DNA of 61,754 bases, counting the filler, from Catajapyx aquilonaris (taxonomy: Eukaryota), in NCBI GenBank assembly GCA_000934665.2. It is 4 parts of 4 records of this genome, joined end to end, with 100 filler letters (N's around TTAATTAATTAA, not from the genome) between each part and the next. Parts side by side here need not be neighbours in the genome. Positions count along the whole stretch, not along the records: positions 30,976 to 46,327 come from JYFJ02007519.1; positions 46,428 to 61,754 come from KZ539698.1; 2 more parts are not named here. The stretch is one strand, 5' to 3'. The notes beneath the pieces are model-generated. The model was not told where the DNA came from. It worked only from the letters and a program-made list of their open reading frames with translations, and made no database searches. Positions 39,116 to 51,648 of this stretch are shown piece after piece (positions within the stretch are counted from its first letter, which is position 1; each line of letters opens with the position of its first letter). The translations under genes and the position numbers were made by a program.

Positions 39116-40436
39116 ACATAACCGTTGGGCTCGCATGTAGCGCTTCCCTTTCGTTATTTATAAACACTGCAGAGTGCACAACAACGTTGCCTGTACGCAC
39201 TAAGGCAACAGTTCTTTGTGATGAGATAGTGCCGGCAAAAATAGGAATGGTGATGGTGACTGGCGACAAGAGAACTATTCTGCACGGTTTGACACATGTA
39301 ATGTGATATTTCATACCCTCTCACCTTTATGAAGGCGGCTCCAAAAATAATTGCTGATGCAGCATACTCCGTCAACCCGCGACCCTCCTGCCGCGACCGC
39401 TGCCCGCGACTTTCATGGAGCACAGAAATGAAATGGTTTCTCTCCTGTCTATACCGGTATCATTGGCCTATACTATCCTGCCACCTAGTGGAAGCTGCAA
39501 AATGCTGCAAACCTACTGTCATCTACAACCGTAGTGTACAAACGTATCATCAACTTTGAAGCGCGTGGTGATTGCCTAATGTAACTGTTGCCCTCAGGCA
39601 ACAATGCCCGCTACAGGGTTAACCCCTTGACCCCCAGCTATATACCTACCCGCCAGCAACCTAGTTTTCCGCTTATTACTTCTACTCTGAAGATACGGAA
39701 AAGATATTTTACACAAAATAACAGTTGTACTTACCCGCGATCAGGAAAAAAACACTAATATGAATGTGTTTGGAACTATTTTCCTCGTCTAGAAGTCTCT
39801 AAATTAATTTCCCAAGAAAGAACGGAAACCAACTAAATTTTGCTCGGAAAAACCAGAAAAGAAATCATTCCCCACCCTTTTAGTATGCAATAACCAAGAA
39901 TCTGTTATAGTCGAGGTTTGTTATATCTGGAGTCAATGGCACATAATGTAATTTATTAGTCACATATATTATGTAATATCAGCATATTATTAGTTACATA
40001 TTATGTAGGGCAAGACGTAGGGCTAATATCATCAGATTTGTTATCCATATTGTAATATTTATTATGAAGATATAATGCTGTCATGTCTAACGTTTCAAGG
40101 GCCAAATATTATAGTGGTTGCAGAGCTAATCAAATAAAAATAATATAATCAAATCATTACAGTTGCTGTTGTATTTCTATTGCCCCAGGAATATGCACAA
40201 GTCAAATTTTTAAAAATTTACTGGCGCAGGAACAAATTATTGGAAATGGGAAGAAAGACAGGGTTAATAAATTGCATTGGATGAATAACTGGAAATGAAT
40301 CACACTATTAAGATAAATTATTGAAATTAATGTCCAAGTGAACTGAAAAATTGCATAACAAGTCATCATAAACACATCAAGTCCGCAGTTATAATGCTGC
40401 AAAATCAGCTGTATGGTACATGTGATGAATGTTACT

Positions 40437-43400
40437 TCAACAATATTGGTACTCCCGTGGGTACTCCGCATTCGTGCCGGTCTCATTCGTTGGACTGTCC
40501 GACGTGGCCACTGCGGACGTATCACTGGTAAGGTCTTGTCCCGCCTCATCCCGTTTCTCTCTGTGCAAGGTTTCATGATGAACCAGAGATTGCGGAATGC
40601 GGAATGCCTTCCCGCACACCCTGCATTTGTGAGGCTTCTCTCCGGTATGCAGCATCACATGTACTTTCAGCGACTGTGGGTTGTTGAAGGCCTTGCAGCA
40701 AGTGGTGCACACAAAAGGCTTTTCGCCCGTGTGTGTCCGTTCATGCAAGGTGAGAGCGTTTGCACTGGAAAGTATCTTACCACACCAGACACACTTGCAC
40801 TTCCTCCTCTTCCTCTGTTGAACAGGCGCGGTCCTCTCAGCAGCTTTGTGGTGATGAAACTCATGTATCTTCAGACCTCTCTCCTCCAAGAAACCTCTCC
40901 CGCACTGGCTGCATGTGAACGGTGCTGGAGGTGGTGCTGGAACATGCTCATACTTCTCGTGTTCTCTCTGATGCGAGTCCAGCATTTCCTGCGTGGCAAA
41001 CCTCCTCCCGCACTTGCCGCAGTGGTGCGGGGTCGTCACGTGACTGGATCTCACGTGCCTGCCCAGATGTGACCTGCAGCGATACTGCTTCCCACACGTC
41101 TCGCACTTCCATGGTCTCTCCCCAGTGTGCACTGTCAGGTGGATCCTGGCCTCAATCTCCGTGTAAAATGCCTCGTCGCACATGGGACATTTGTGCGTCT
41201 TGTCTCCTACATGCCTCCTGCGATGGCGCATCATACGAGATCTGAAAACAAATGCCTTGCCGCATATGTCGCACACATGCGGCCTCTCCGTCTTGTGGGC
41301 CCTGCGGTGCATAGACAGTGCAGGCTTATTTTTGAAGATCTTGCCGCAGGATTCACATATTATGCACTGCTCCGTGTGTATCATGCAATGTGTCTTCAAT
41401 ATATTGTCGGTTCGGAATGTCTTCCCACATGTCTCGCATACGTATGGCTTCTCGCTGTGTGCCCTGCGATGAATACTCAGCGACATTCTACTTCGGAATG
41501 TCTTACCGCATGTCTTGCATGTTACCGTCTCTTCCGCAGTGGGTGTCTTCTGCTTCAGGCGTTTCTTCTGCCGCAGGTGATTCTGAAGATGCCGCATGAA
41601 GTCAGTCTTTAAGGAAATTTGTTTCCCACACGTCAGGCATATGAAGATCTCATGGCGTTCCCTGGAATGATTCGCCATCTTCACCTTGCTTCTGAAGCCC
41701 TCTCCGCACGTCGTGCATTTGTGCTTATGTTCCCTTTCGAGGTTGAGAGTCGGGCATGTTCGATTTATGTGGTCAGCGAAGTTAGATCCGGACAGCAGTT
41801 GTTTGCCGCACTTATCGCACTGGAACACCTGTCTTTTCTTCGGCTGTCTTTTCTGCACAGTGCGGGAAGTCAGGGCCGTCTTTACACTGTCGGACTTCTG
41901 ACCGCTCCTCATTGCCTCCATGTTCTTACTGCCGCTGACATTAGTCTTATCAGAAGGCTCAACTCTGTTGGTTTCCGCAGCTGCTTGATGCACTTCCTCA
42001 GCACTCTGGCCAACCTGCTGAGTCTCAGTACTTGTACTTGCAATGTGATCTTTCCGTGAAGTATTGGCATGGTTTGCATCAACCTTGTTCAATTGTTGGC
42101 GCATTGGCACCGCAATTATTCTCTGGGGAGCATTGTCTGAATTGCTCTTCATTGCCTCTGTGCTCTTACTGCAACTGATATTAGTCGTATCAGCTCGGTG
42201 TGTTCCTCCAGCTGCTTTACACACCATCTTAGTGCCAGGGCCAATCTGCTGAGGCTTAGTACTCGCGCTTGGAATGCAAACATTCCATTGGGCACGATAT
42301 ACATCAGCCTTGCTCAATTGTTTGCTCTTTGGCACCCCAATTCCCTGCCCATTGCCGCAGAATTTCTTGTGGAACTTCAACTTCTTGTCAGTCTGAAACT
42401 GTTTTTTGCAATACTCGCATGGAAACACAATCACATTGTGGGCCTTGTGCACGTGTCTTGTGAGGTCTACGCTTGCGGAGAAACCCTGCTGACATTTCCT
42501 GCACACCCAAGGCAATGCAGATGGATCCGCATTGGGGGAGATGAGGTCATCCGCTGACATTTCCTCACCATCATTCACCATGCTGACCTCGGACACACTA
42601 GTTGACGCTGTGTAGTCAACTTCCACTTGGTCAGTGGCTGGCCCCTCAGATTCGTGGACTTGCCGCAGAGATGAATCCGTGGTTGTCGGATTACCACTTG
42701 ACGACCCAGCGATGGTTTCATTCCTGTAACAAAGGCTGAGGCATTACCCATGGCCAAATGGTACTATTTCCTTTACTCAATGAGCTCCCCAACTATTTTA
42801 AATTGGCCTGCAAAGTTTCAAGGTTATTGCACTTTTGGACATGCAAAATTTATTTTCCTATTGCACAAATACTGACTGATCATGAAGAGATAATTAAAAT
42901 CTGATTGAAGTTCTGAAATCAGCAGGTTTCAAACCATAAGTGCAGCAATTTGTAGGTTTGTGGTGCACGTAATGAACGTACAGGAAAATATATTACAAGA
43001 CAATGGCACCTTTCATAACAAAATTGCCGAAGCTTTTCTCTCCCACTTATGACCGACATAGTGAAAAATTAATAACGTTTGATCTAATCGAGATATTGAC
43101 ATAAAAATTTGAGGATATCCCTCTTGTAACATGTGCAACAAAATGTTCCAAATTTATTCAAATGGTTGGGTGACATTCTGTTTTTTCTATGGATAATCTG
43201 ACATGGAATGACCCTGGAACCGTGCCGAGGGGTCTTTTCGGACCCCCAAAAGAATTAAACCGCATTAAAATATTACAATTACAATGAACCGTTTGCCATT
43301 TTTTAAAAGTATATAACAGGAAGTGCATGTTTATTTTGAATTAGCTATCATTTTAGGCATTGTTCAAAGAATGATTGTATACAGGGTGGTCCAAGTTCAA

Positions 43401-44183
43401 GTGTCGTTTTATAACGGCGATTAATAGAAGCGCTTAACGATGACGTAGCAGCGACGTGTAAAATTGCCCACTTCGATTGCGCCGAAGATTTTACGCGTCG
43501 CTGCCCGACGTCATCGCAAAATCACTGCTATTAATCGCCGTTATAAAACGACACTTGAACTTGGACCACCCTGTATAGTCAACACATTGAAAAGTATTAT
43601 ATAAAAATTAATAAAACCTGGCACGGTTCCAGGGTTAACAGCTCACACAATTGCAACGATGTCTGCGACTGATAATTTTAATTCTCAAGAGGAAATGGCT
43701 TACACTTGCGGTAGTGCGAACACAGCAATTTGCTCCCTCTTTACAACTCTGCTGACTGCGACTGGCTCGGCCACTGGTGGCCGCTTTGGAGATCCCCTGG
43801 GACCCCAAGTCACCTTCGCTGCACCGCTCCTAGTTGCTGTCTGCGTCACTAGAATGCAATAGTCACATCAGTTGGAACACGAGTTGCTCTGTGGGGGGAC
43901 CAAACGTGTTGTACTCACAATAGGCGCCTGTCCGCAGTATGAACTGGGGGAGGGCGCCTTCCTTCAGCTGTGGTCCGCACCCGTCCTGTCCGTCATCAAT
44001 GATGTCCTGCGAGGCGAAGTGGTCCGCGCAGACCTTTGAGTTGGGCGGATCCAGAATGATCTTCATCCACTTGTACAGCATATGGGGAATGGTCGGGAAA
44101 GGGAAGTAGAATGGTTGGGACTGTCCCGATGAATGGCCATGGTTGGGACAGGTTGGGACGCAGCACACATCGGCCGGACTCAT
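40437..44183 (-). CDS. THAP-domain plus ~16 C2H2/C2HC zinc-finger transcription factor (898 aa predicted)
   Basis: Exons 44183-43919, 43848-43704 and 42723-40437 with GT-AG junctions in frame (2697 nt). THAP signature CCVPTC...FP...W...VCADHF...LKEGALP and TGEKP linkers. Probable 5'UTR exon near 44290-44370. Confidence 0.92.
43212..43634. mobile_element. piggyBac-like MITE in the intron
   Basis: CCCTGGAACCGTGCC...GGCACGGTTCCAGGG|TTAA (left TSD degenerate). Confidence 0.7.
43382..43573. mobile_element. Tc1/mariner-type MITE nested in the piggyBac-like MITE
   Basis: TA|CAGGGTGGTCCAAGTTC...GAACTTGGACCACCCTG|TA. Confidence 0.9.
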
Positions 44184-44364
44184 CTTCGCTTCTCAAGCGG
44201 TGGACACACCCTGTGGGGGTTAGAAGATGGGGTGGGCTTTATTCTATGCGGAAGAGTCTGGCCAATCGGTCCAGGAAGGTCCACTCACCCCAATTCGTTT
44301 CCTTCGTCGCTCAGGAGGGAATTTTTTGGCGAAAAATAATCTCTGCGAAATTATCTCAGGAACA

Positions 44365-44400
44365 AATCGGCCATTTTGTGTCACGTGACGTACAGTCATG
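44365..44400 (-). promoter_or_regulatory. Core promoter of the THAP-ZF gene
   Basis: ACGTCACGTGAC (CRE/E-box) followed by AAAATGGCC (YY1-like), just upstream of the first donor GTGAGT. Confidence 0.55.
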
Positions 44401-44782
44401 TCGAGATCAAACGCCACGGCTTTTGTACAGTGATGTCAAGATCAAATGATCTATTGACAAAAAAAAAAAGTTAATTGACATTATTTTTCATACAATCGTT
44501 CACATGTGGGCCTGAAGTTACTGCTCATGGGGAGAAGACAATTTGCATACATGAAAATATTAAATGAAGAGGTTACCTGTACAATAATTGCACAACAGTT
44601 TGAAAATAATGTGTCGTACTTCATTTACAGGATAAATGAACAAATTATTGGAAATGGGAAGCACCGCCGGGTTAATAAAATGCATCGGATGAATAACTAA
44701 AAATGAATCACACTATTAAGAAAAAATTATGGCAATGAATGTACAAGTGAACTGAAAAAAATTGCATAACAAGTCATCATAA

Positions 44783-45499
44783 ACACATCAAGTCCGCAGT
44801 AATCACCTGTGTAAAATGCCTCGTCGCACATGGGACATTTGTGCGTCTTGTCTCCTACATGCCTCCTGCGATGGCGCATCATACGAGATCTGAAAACGAA
44901 CGCCTTGCCGCATATGTCGCACACATGTGCGATGACAAATCAGTGACCTACTACTTTGGAATGTCTTACCGAATGTCTCGCATGTTACCGTCTCTTCTGC
45001 AGTGTGTGTCTTCCTCTCCAGGTGAGTCTTAGTACGTGAATTTGCGATTTGAGCCTTCCTTGAAGTATTGGCATGGTTTGAATCAGCCTTGTTCAATTGT
45101 ATGCGCTTTGGCACCGCAATTCCCTGGCCCTTGCCGCAGAATTTCCTGTGGAACTTCAACTTCTTGTCAGTCTGAAACTGTTTTTTGCAATCCTCGCATG
45201 GAAACACAATCACATTGTGGGTCTTGTGCATGTGTCTCGTGAGGTCTAGGCTTACGGAGAAACCCTGCCGACATATCCTGCACACCCAAGGCAATCCAGA
45301 TGGATCCACATCGGGGCAGACCAGGTCATCCGCTGAGGTTTCCTCGCCATCAGTTACCTTGCTGACCTCGGACACACTAGTCCACCCTGTGTATTCAACT
45401 TGTACTTGGTCACTGTCTGGCTCTGCTTTGATGACTTGCAGCATGGATGAATCCGCGATCGTCGGATTATCACATGACGACCCAGCGATGTCTTCATTC
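44783..45499 (-). pseudogene. Collapsed zinc-finger exon of the tandem paralogue
   Basis: Homologous to 42723-40437 with several large internal deletions and a frameshift. 3'UTR homology 44630-44800 vs 40225-40390. Confidence 0.88.
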
Positions 45500-45620
45500 C
45501 TGTAAAAAAGGCCGAGGCATTACTCATGTTCAACTCCATCATTTCATTACGTAAAATATTCACCCCCAAACTGACAGATAGAACAGGTTCTTTCTAACAA
45601 TATTAATGAAACGGTGAATC

Positions 45621-46143
45621 TCAACTATTCTTGTCAGCGACAGACAATTTCGTGCCGCTTTCATTCGTTGGACTGTCCGACGTGGCATTTTCCTCCCTCT
45701 TTACAACTGTCCTGAGTGCGACTGGCTCGGCCACTGATGGCCCCTTTGGAGACCCCCTGGAATCCGTAGTCCCCTCTGCGGCACTGCTGGGAGTTGCTGT
45801 CTGCGTCACTAGAATGCAATAGTCACACCAGTTGGAACATTAGTTGCTCTGTGGGCGGACCAAACGTGTTGTACTCACAATAGGCGCCTGTCCGCAGGAT
45901 GAACTGGGGGAGGGCGCCTTCCTTCAGCCTCGGTCCGCACCCGTCCAGCCCCACATCAAGGATGATGTCCTGCGAGGCGAAGTGGTCCGCGCAGACCTTC
46001 GAGTTGGGCGGATCCAGGATGACCCTCATCCACTGGTGGAGCAGACGGGGGGTGGTCGGGAAGGGGAAGAAGAACGAGTCGGACTGTCCCAATAAGGAAT
46101 GGTTGGGACAGGTTGGGACGCAGCACATGTCTGCAGGGCTCAT
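45621..46143 (-). CDS. THAP-only paralogue (150 aa predicted)
   Basis: Exons 46143-45879 and 45808-45621 in frame with an intact THAP signature. The exon-3 donor is lost, so the frame runs to TGA. Confidence 0.7.
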
Positions 46144-46327
46144 CTTCGCTTCTCATGTGATGGACACTCTGTGGGGGATAAAATTGAGCTTAAATTCATG
46201 CGGAAGAGGCTTACCAGGAAGGTGTACTCACCCTAATCTAATACATATTTCCAGACCTATATCTGTCTGTCTGTCTCTCTGTCTGTCACCTAAACAGATC
46301 GATACGGAGGCCTCCACATATGCCCCA

Positions 46328-46427
46328 NNNNNNNNNNNNNNNNNNNNNNNNNNNNNNNNNNNNNNNNNNNNTTAATTAATTAANNNNNNNNNNNNNNNNN
46401 NNNNNNNNNNNNNNNNNNNNNNNNNNN
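46328..46427. other. Artificial contig linker
   Basis: N44-TTAATTAATTAA-N44. Confidence 0.98.
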
Positions 46428-46641
46428 CTGCGCATGCCCAGATACGAGGAAAGGGGGAAAAAGTAGAAAATTTTCTACTTTTTCCCCCTTTCCTCGTATC
46501 TGGGCATGCGCAGTTGGCTCCTCACGGCTCCTCGTATGCGAGATTCTTGTACTATGGGCGCAAAAAGAATTGACCGGAGTTGATGGGTATATAGCGCCAT
46601 ATACCCATCAACTCCGGTCAATTCTTTTGGCGCCCATAGTA
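46428..46641. repeat. Two adjacent palindromes (46428-46513 perfect; 46549-46641 near-perfect)
   Basis: Direct reading. Confidence 0.9.
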
Positions 46642-48364
46642 CGTGGATACCGGCCTTAAGAACCGAAATTCGGAATTCTTTCTTTTCCTTTTATTTTTTT
46701 TGGGACGAGAGGGGGGGGGGGGGGGCAAAAANGGCAAAAAGAAAGAATAAAGGGTGGGGGGCATGACGTGAGCTGCAAGGCTTGTTATCAGTAGTCCGAT
46801 GGGGAAATGACGTGACGTCACCACCGCCTTTACGACGCACATTTGGGCTCCAAAACACGAGTCTCCGATTGACTCGCATCTAGGTTATCGGTTCCCATTG
46901 GCAGGAAATCGCTCCCTTATTCCACCACCCCCCTCCTCCCTCCCCAACTCTTGCCCACAACCCGGCTCGATTCTCCAGCAAAACAACAGAATCACGCACA
47001 GGATTTCTACCCGAAATCTTGAGGCCCAGATAACGTGCTGATATATGGTGCAGTGTACATTTGTGTGCTCCCAACCTTGAAAATGTTGGGGCGTGGAAAC
47101 ACCGACCCTCCCACACACTCACTTCATGAGGGAGACCAAGCAGCTAAGTAATTTTTTAAAAAAATTCATTTGATATCATACTTTTTTTTAAAAAGAGGAA
47201 GAGGTACGATATTAGGCCTACGTTCACGGCATGAAAAGTCGGTGTACCACACCAGCACGTCAACATAAAGCGACGAATAGTTCCGGTTCACCCACCACAT
47301 ACAGCAATTATTCGGTGTAATTATTATTATGAGGGCACATTGGGTTCAAGCATGCAGTGAACAGCACAGACCAACCTGAGATTGTCCATCAGTGATATAT
47401 GATAATGCGTCGGCAGCCTATATAACCCACACATAATCATACATGTGTTTATGATAACCAGTACTGTGCATAAATAAACATTCTGTATCAGGACAGTTGT
47501 CAATGTGTGAAAATCACCACGAAATTAAATGCTTGTATTCAGTCATTTGGTGTGATTGGGAAAGGTTGCGGAATGTGGTCCAGTGGTTAAGCCATTGGCT
47601 ATCGAAGTGGAAGGACGCAGGTACAATCTCGGTACCGCGTCTTCTGCGTAACCTACGTGTCCGCGTAAAATGCAGACCCTTATCTTTCAGGAATCAAGAG
47701 ATAAGGTTGTTGGGGCAGCGAAGAGAGACCGGAATGACTTCATTTAATTAGTGCCTTTCCTGGGAATTTACCCTCATCTCGCTGTATTGTCAGTTGATAT
47801 TCGTTCTCATTTAAATAAGTAACTGTCAGTAAAATATTCATGCATGAGGCATATATCCATAATTTATTTCAAATGCCACGATGAAATTATGATATGAAAA
47901 GCTGAATCACATACCATGCCACAATTGCAGATTATCCCTCTGAATCTTCAAAATTATTGACTTGACATTCTTACCTTTTAAAGCTGGATTTGAAATATCT
48001 CGTGGCAAGTGGAGTCTCAAGAGACGCCTGCAATGCAGAAGCAGCTTGCACATTACAAAGACTGGTACTGTACTGAATTGGTGCCCTACGCTAACCTTGA
48101 AGTCAAGATGCAATCTTTACGCAGCTGAATCGCTATACGTTTCTAACATCCATGTAGGCCTATATGCCATGAGTGACATTCAGCTGGCATCAGTTCTATA
48201 CGAATCAAAAGCCACAGAAAACTGATGCCCGGATGGCTCAGCATCTAAACAATGACATATATCTTAAAGCATTATTGCTCATTTGAGCAGTTAGGTTGTA
48301 GCGACCTTCAGAGTTTTCTGGTGAAAAATACGTAGTTTTACCAATTTTCTAAATTAGCCGACAC

Positions 48365-48686
48365 AGATCTGTATCGATGGGAATTTTGCTAAGCCAAGAT
48401 TCCAATAAAGAAACGCGAACACATTAACTTATACTCGTTGCGAAATATTATTGCGCACAAGTACTTTTTTTTTTTGCTTTTGTATCCTGTTCGTGCCACT
48501 GCACTGCACTACATCCCCTTTCATCACATTGGCAATTTTGTACTATATAACATAGCAAAATTGCCAACGTGATGTAAATACATAGCGCAGTTCAGTGGCA
48601 CTGACAGGATATAAAAAAGGGAGCCTTTGCCAGAATGCATTTGGCCGATAGTACATTATGCGGGATTTCCATCGATACGGATCTGA
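48365..48686. mobile_element. Degenerate MITE with an internal hairpin
   Basis: CAGATCTGTATCGATGG / CCATCGATACGGATCTG termini; inner arms 48478-48618. Confidence 0.6.
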
Positions 48687-51603
48687 TTATCGAGTCAAAT
48701 GATATATAACCAAATATTGCCTCTCTTGCTGGCACATAGGGTACCTCAAAGTAATGCATGCAACTCATGTATGAGCACCTGGTTCTCCCAATATAACATG
48801 ACTCTATACATTGAGGCGTGCATGATGGTATAAGTTATTGAACAAATTGAGCTAAAATGGAATAAACTAATTCATATATTAAAAAGAACTTAAATGCAGA
48901 CAATAATAGACCTACACACGTGCTTGAAAGAAGTCAATTTGCGTTACTTTGACCTCGCCCAGCCATAATATGACAGGAAATGCGAGTATGACACAGAGGA
49001 GGCTGTGATAACTGTAATCAAACAAAAGGCCGCTACAATACAAAATGCTCTGATTTCAATTATAATTTTATTTCACATGGTGTCTGCTGCACACATATGG
49101 TTTCAAAGATATAGGCCTACTATACCGTCAGGATAGGGAGTTATAAATTACCATGCACTTTTGCGCATGAAAGCGACGCGACGATAAGCAACAGATATCA
49201 GTATACAAAACTGCAAACTGTTACTTTTCGCTAGCTAAATCGTTCCCAGTCCTACACACGTAATCAATATAACTTGAAATTATTCCGAATATGCATGATC
49301 ATTATATGTGCATTATGTATTACGCATGTATACTCAGCATGTTGTTCCTGGTAAAGATTAATAAATCGATTTTCCTTCTAACATCAAGTCTACTAAACTT
49401 ATGTAACAAGAGCGCACGACTAAGGTGTATCACATGCAATCCAACACTACTTTCCTAAGTTTACTCAATTACAGGTAGTAACAAGTTCCCCCCCTCCCCC
49501 CCTAAAGAGTTGTAAATTATTCCCTAGCTGGCAAAAAATCATACGCGTCTGTTCGTATCGGTTGCATACCTAACTTACCATCCTCTCCTTCAACAGCCAC
49601 GAGTTATTTATGACAAACCGTACCTGGAGGGCTAGTTTTCTCAAAATGATACGTGTGTAAAAAAATCTATTGCCTCTGGCCAGCCTGCCTCATATCTGAA
49701 AATTATGCCCCTCAGTCACTTGCTCCTTTTAATAACATCTGGCATTTTATCTTGATCAGCCGATATGAATCTCTTTTAAAAACTCCCAGTTACGAGATAC
49801 AGCTGAAGTGCTTGATCCTGAGAGTAGGAAACGTCACAGTTTGCCTCCAATTTAAATAGCTCCTATTATGCACATTAGCCTTATAACTGCATTATTTCAA
49901 TGTTAAAAAAATAAACCGCGATAAACACAACATAACATCACGTCAACACCACAAGCAATGCCTCGAGAGCCTACTGTCTGCCCATATAGTACATTATGTG
50001 GATGGGAGGGGGGGGGNNNNNNNNNNNNNNNNNGGGGGGGCCAGGCAGCCTGAGTGCAGATGGCAGATAAGGGGATGGGCAGAGGCGATGGCCTGCACAG
50101 ATAGGAGGCAGCCTACTCGCCAACTGCCAACTTTCTCGGGGATTAATCAAGATGCTTATCGGGCGCCATTTGCGATCCAGCGATAAGTGAGTCGGCCGGG
50201 TACCCCCCCCCCTCCCCCCACCCTGCCACCCACAAACTTCACTCCCACCGATGCGGAGGGCCCCCAACTCACCCACTACCCCCTACCACCACCAACTCAC
50301 AGAATGATAATATAATGTACCAGTCCCTGCCCAACATAAACAGATAGACGCTATCTAGATTCTCCTTGGGCTTAAAAACAAGATAGCGGGAAGTCATTTC
50401 AGGAGACAATATATCATTCCTTTCTGACTTGGAGTCCAGGGGTTATCTACCAATTGAGGGGGGGTGGGGGGTAGAGGGAGGCTTTCGGAGGGCTCTGCTT
50501 CTAGATAAAAGAAGACGAAGAAGAAGAAGAAGCAAAGAGGAGGAGGAGGAGGAGGAGGCGCCTTGCTTGGCCTCCATCTGATAGATGCACAAAGGCTGTA
50601 GAGCACGTACTGCATACATCAGGCAGCCAAGGACGCACATTACTTACAGTGTACCGGTATATACCGTAGGCTACACTACTAGCCTATCATTCCTCGCGCT
50701 GACACTGGCCAACCTCCCCTCAGATGGAGACAGATATGCTATCGCACTGTAATAAACAACGATATCCGTTACACCGAAATATTTTTGAACCCACATTTGC
50801 TGGGTAATGCCATGCCCGCATATCCCTATATAATATTCAGGTGGTCAGAATTGATCGCAAAACCTAACCCGACAATTTCCTGGAATACACCCCACCATTT
50901 TCATCCTTCTGCCACCTGAGTCCCATCGATCACCCTACCCCTGTAGGTATACCTCCCCGCCAACAAGTCTTACTCCGTCCCGATGGGCATCCCCGCAAAA
51001 ACCTCATTCGGAACAAGTTTGAGTCGGACCTATAAAACACAGTGCACATCCACACCGCCGCCTTGTCTCAGATAAAATGCACCCGGAAATCCGAGCAAGA
51101 TTAATGGAAGAAAGCAAGGGGGGGAGTTTCCATATCGACCATCCATCCAGTCGCTTTTGTAAATCGCGACTTTTGGCCCGACTCCGCGCCTATCTCATCG
51201 CCGCGGGATTACTAATTGGCCTTAATGACACCTGCTCTTGCTCCACATTTCTCACCTCCATCCTTCGCTCCATTCCCTGCCACACATCTCGTCAACGTCA
51301 CGACTCAGTACGCGCCCTACGCAATCTAGGTACCACACCATTCCCCATCGCATTCATTGCATCCCCAGATACACATTCAATGCCTCGGTCACCACCACGC
51401 GCAGTACGTCCTGCGCAACCCATGTCTCACCTGTCCTCCGCATAGGCCATCTGACGTCACCCCCAGGCTTTCTTACACGAAGGTCGAATGGTACGGAGTC
51501 AGTACCCAGGTCGTCCTCCACCAGAATGCATTTGAATGTATAGCAGTGCGTTGGAGCAGCCGCAAGAGAGATACTGATAATGAGCCAGCCAGCCCACTCA
51601 CCA

Positions 51604-51608
<5 letters not shown>

Positions 51609-51645
<37 letters not shown>
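51609..51645. repeat. (GA)n microsatellite
   Basis: Direct reading. Confidence 0.95.

Positions 51646-51648
<3 letters not shown>

Noticed and set aside
40413..42557. Multiple plus-strand ORFs of 100-219 aa
   Set aside because: Antisense shadows of the zinc-finger exon.
15360..46427. Recurring TTAATTAATTAA motif at ~15.4-kb spacing
   Set aside because: Synthetic six-frame-stop linker inside N runs; not biological.
47570..47635. Degenerate tRNA-like SINE head
   Set aside because: A box only, poor B box, no body or TSD.
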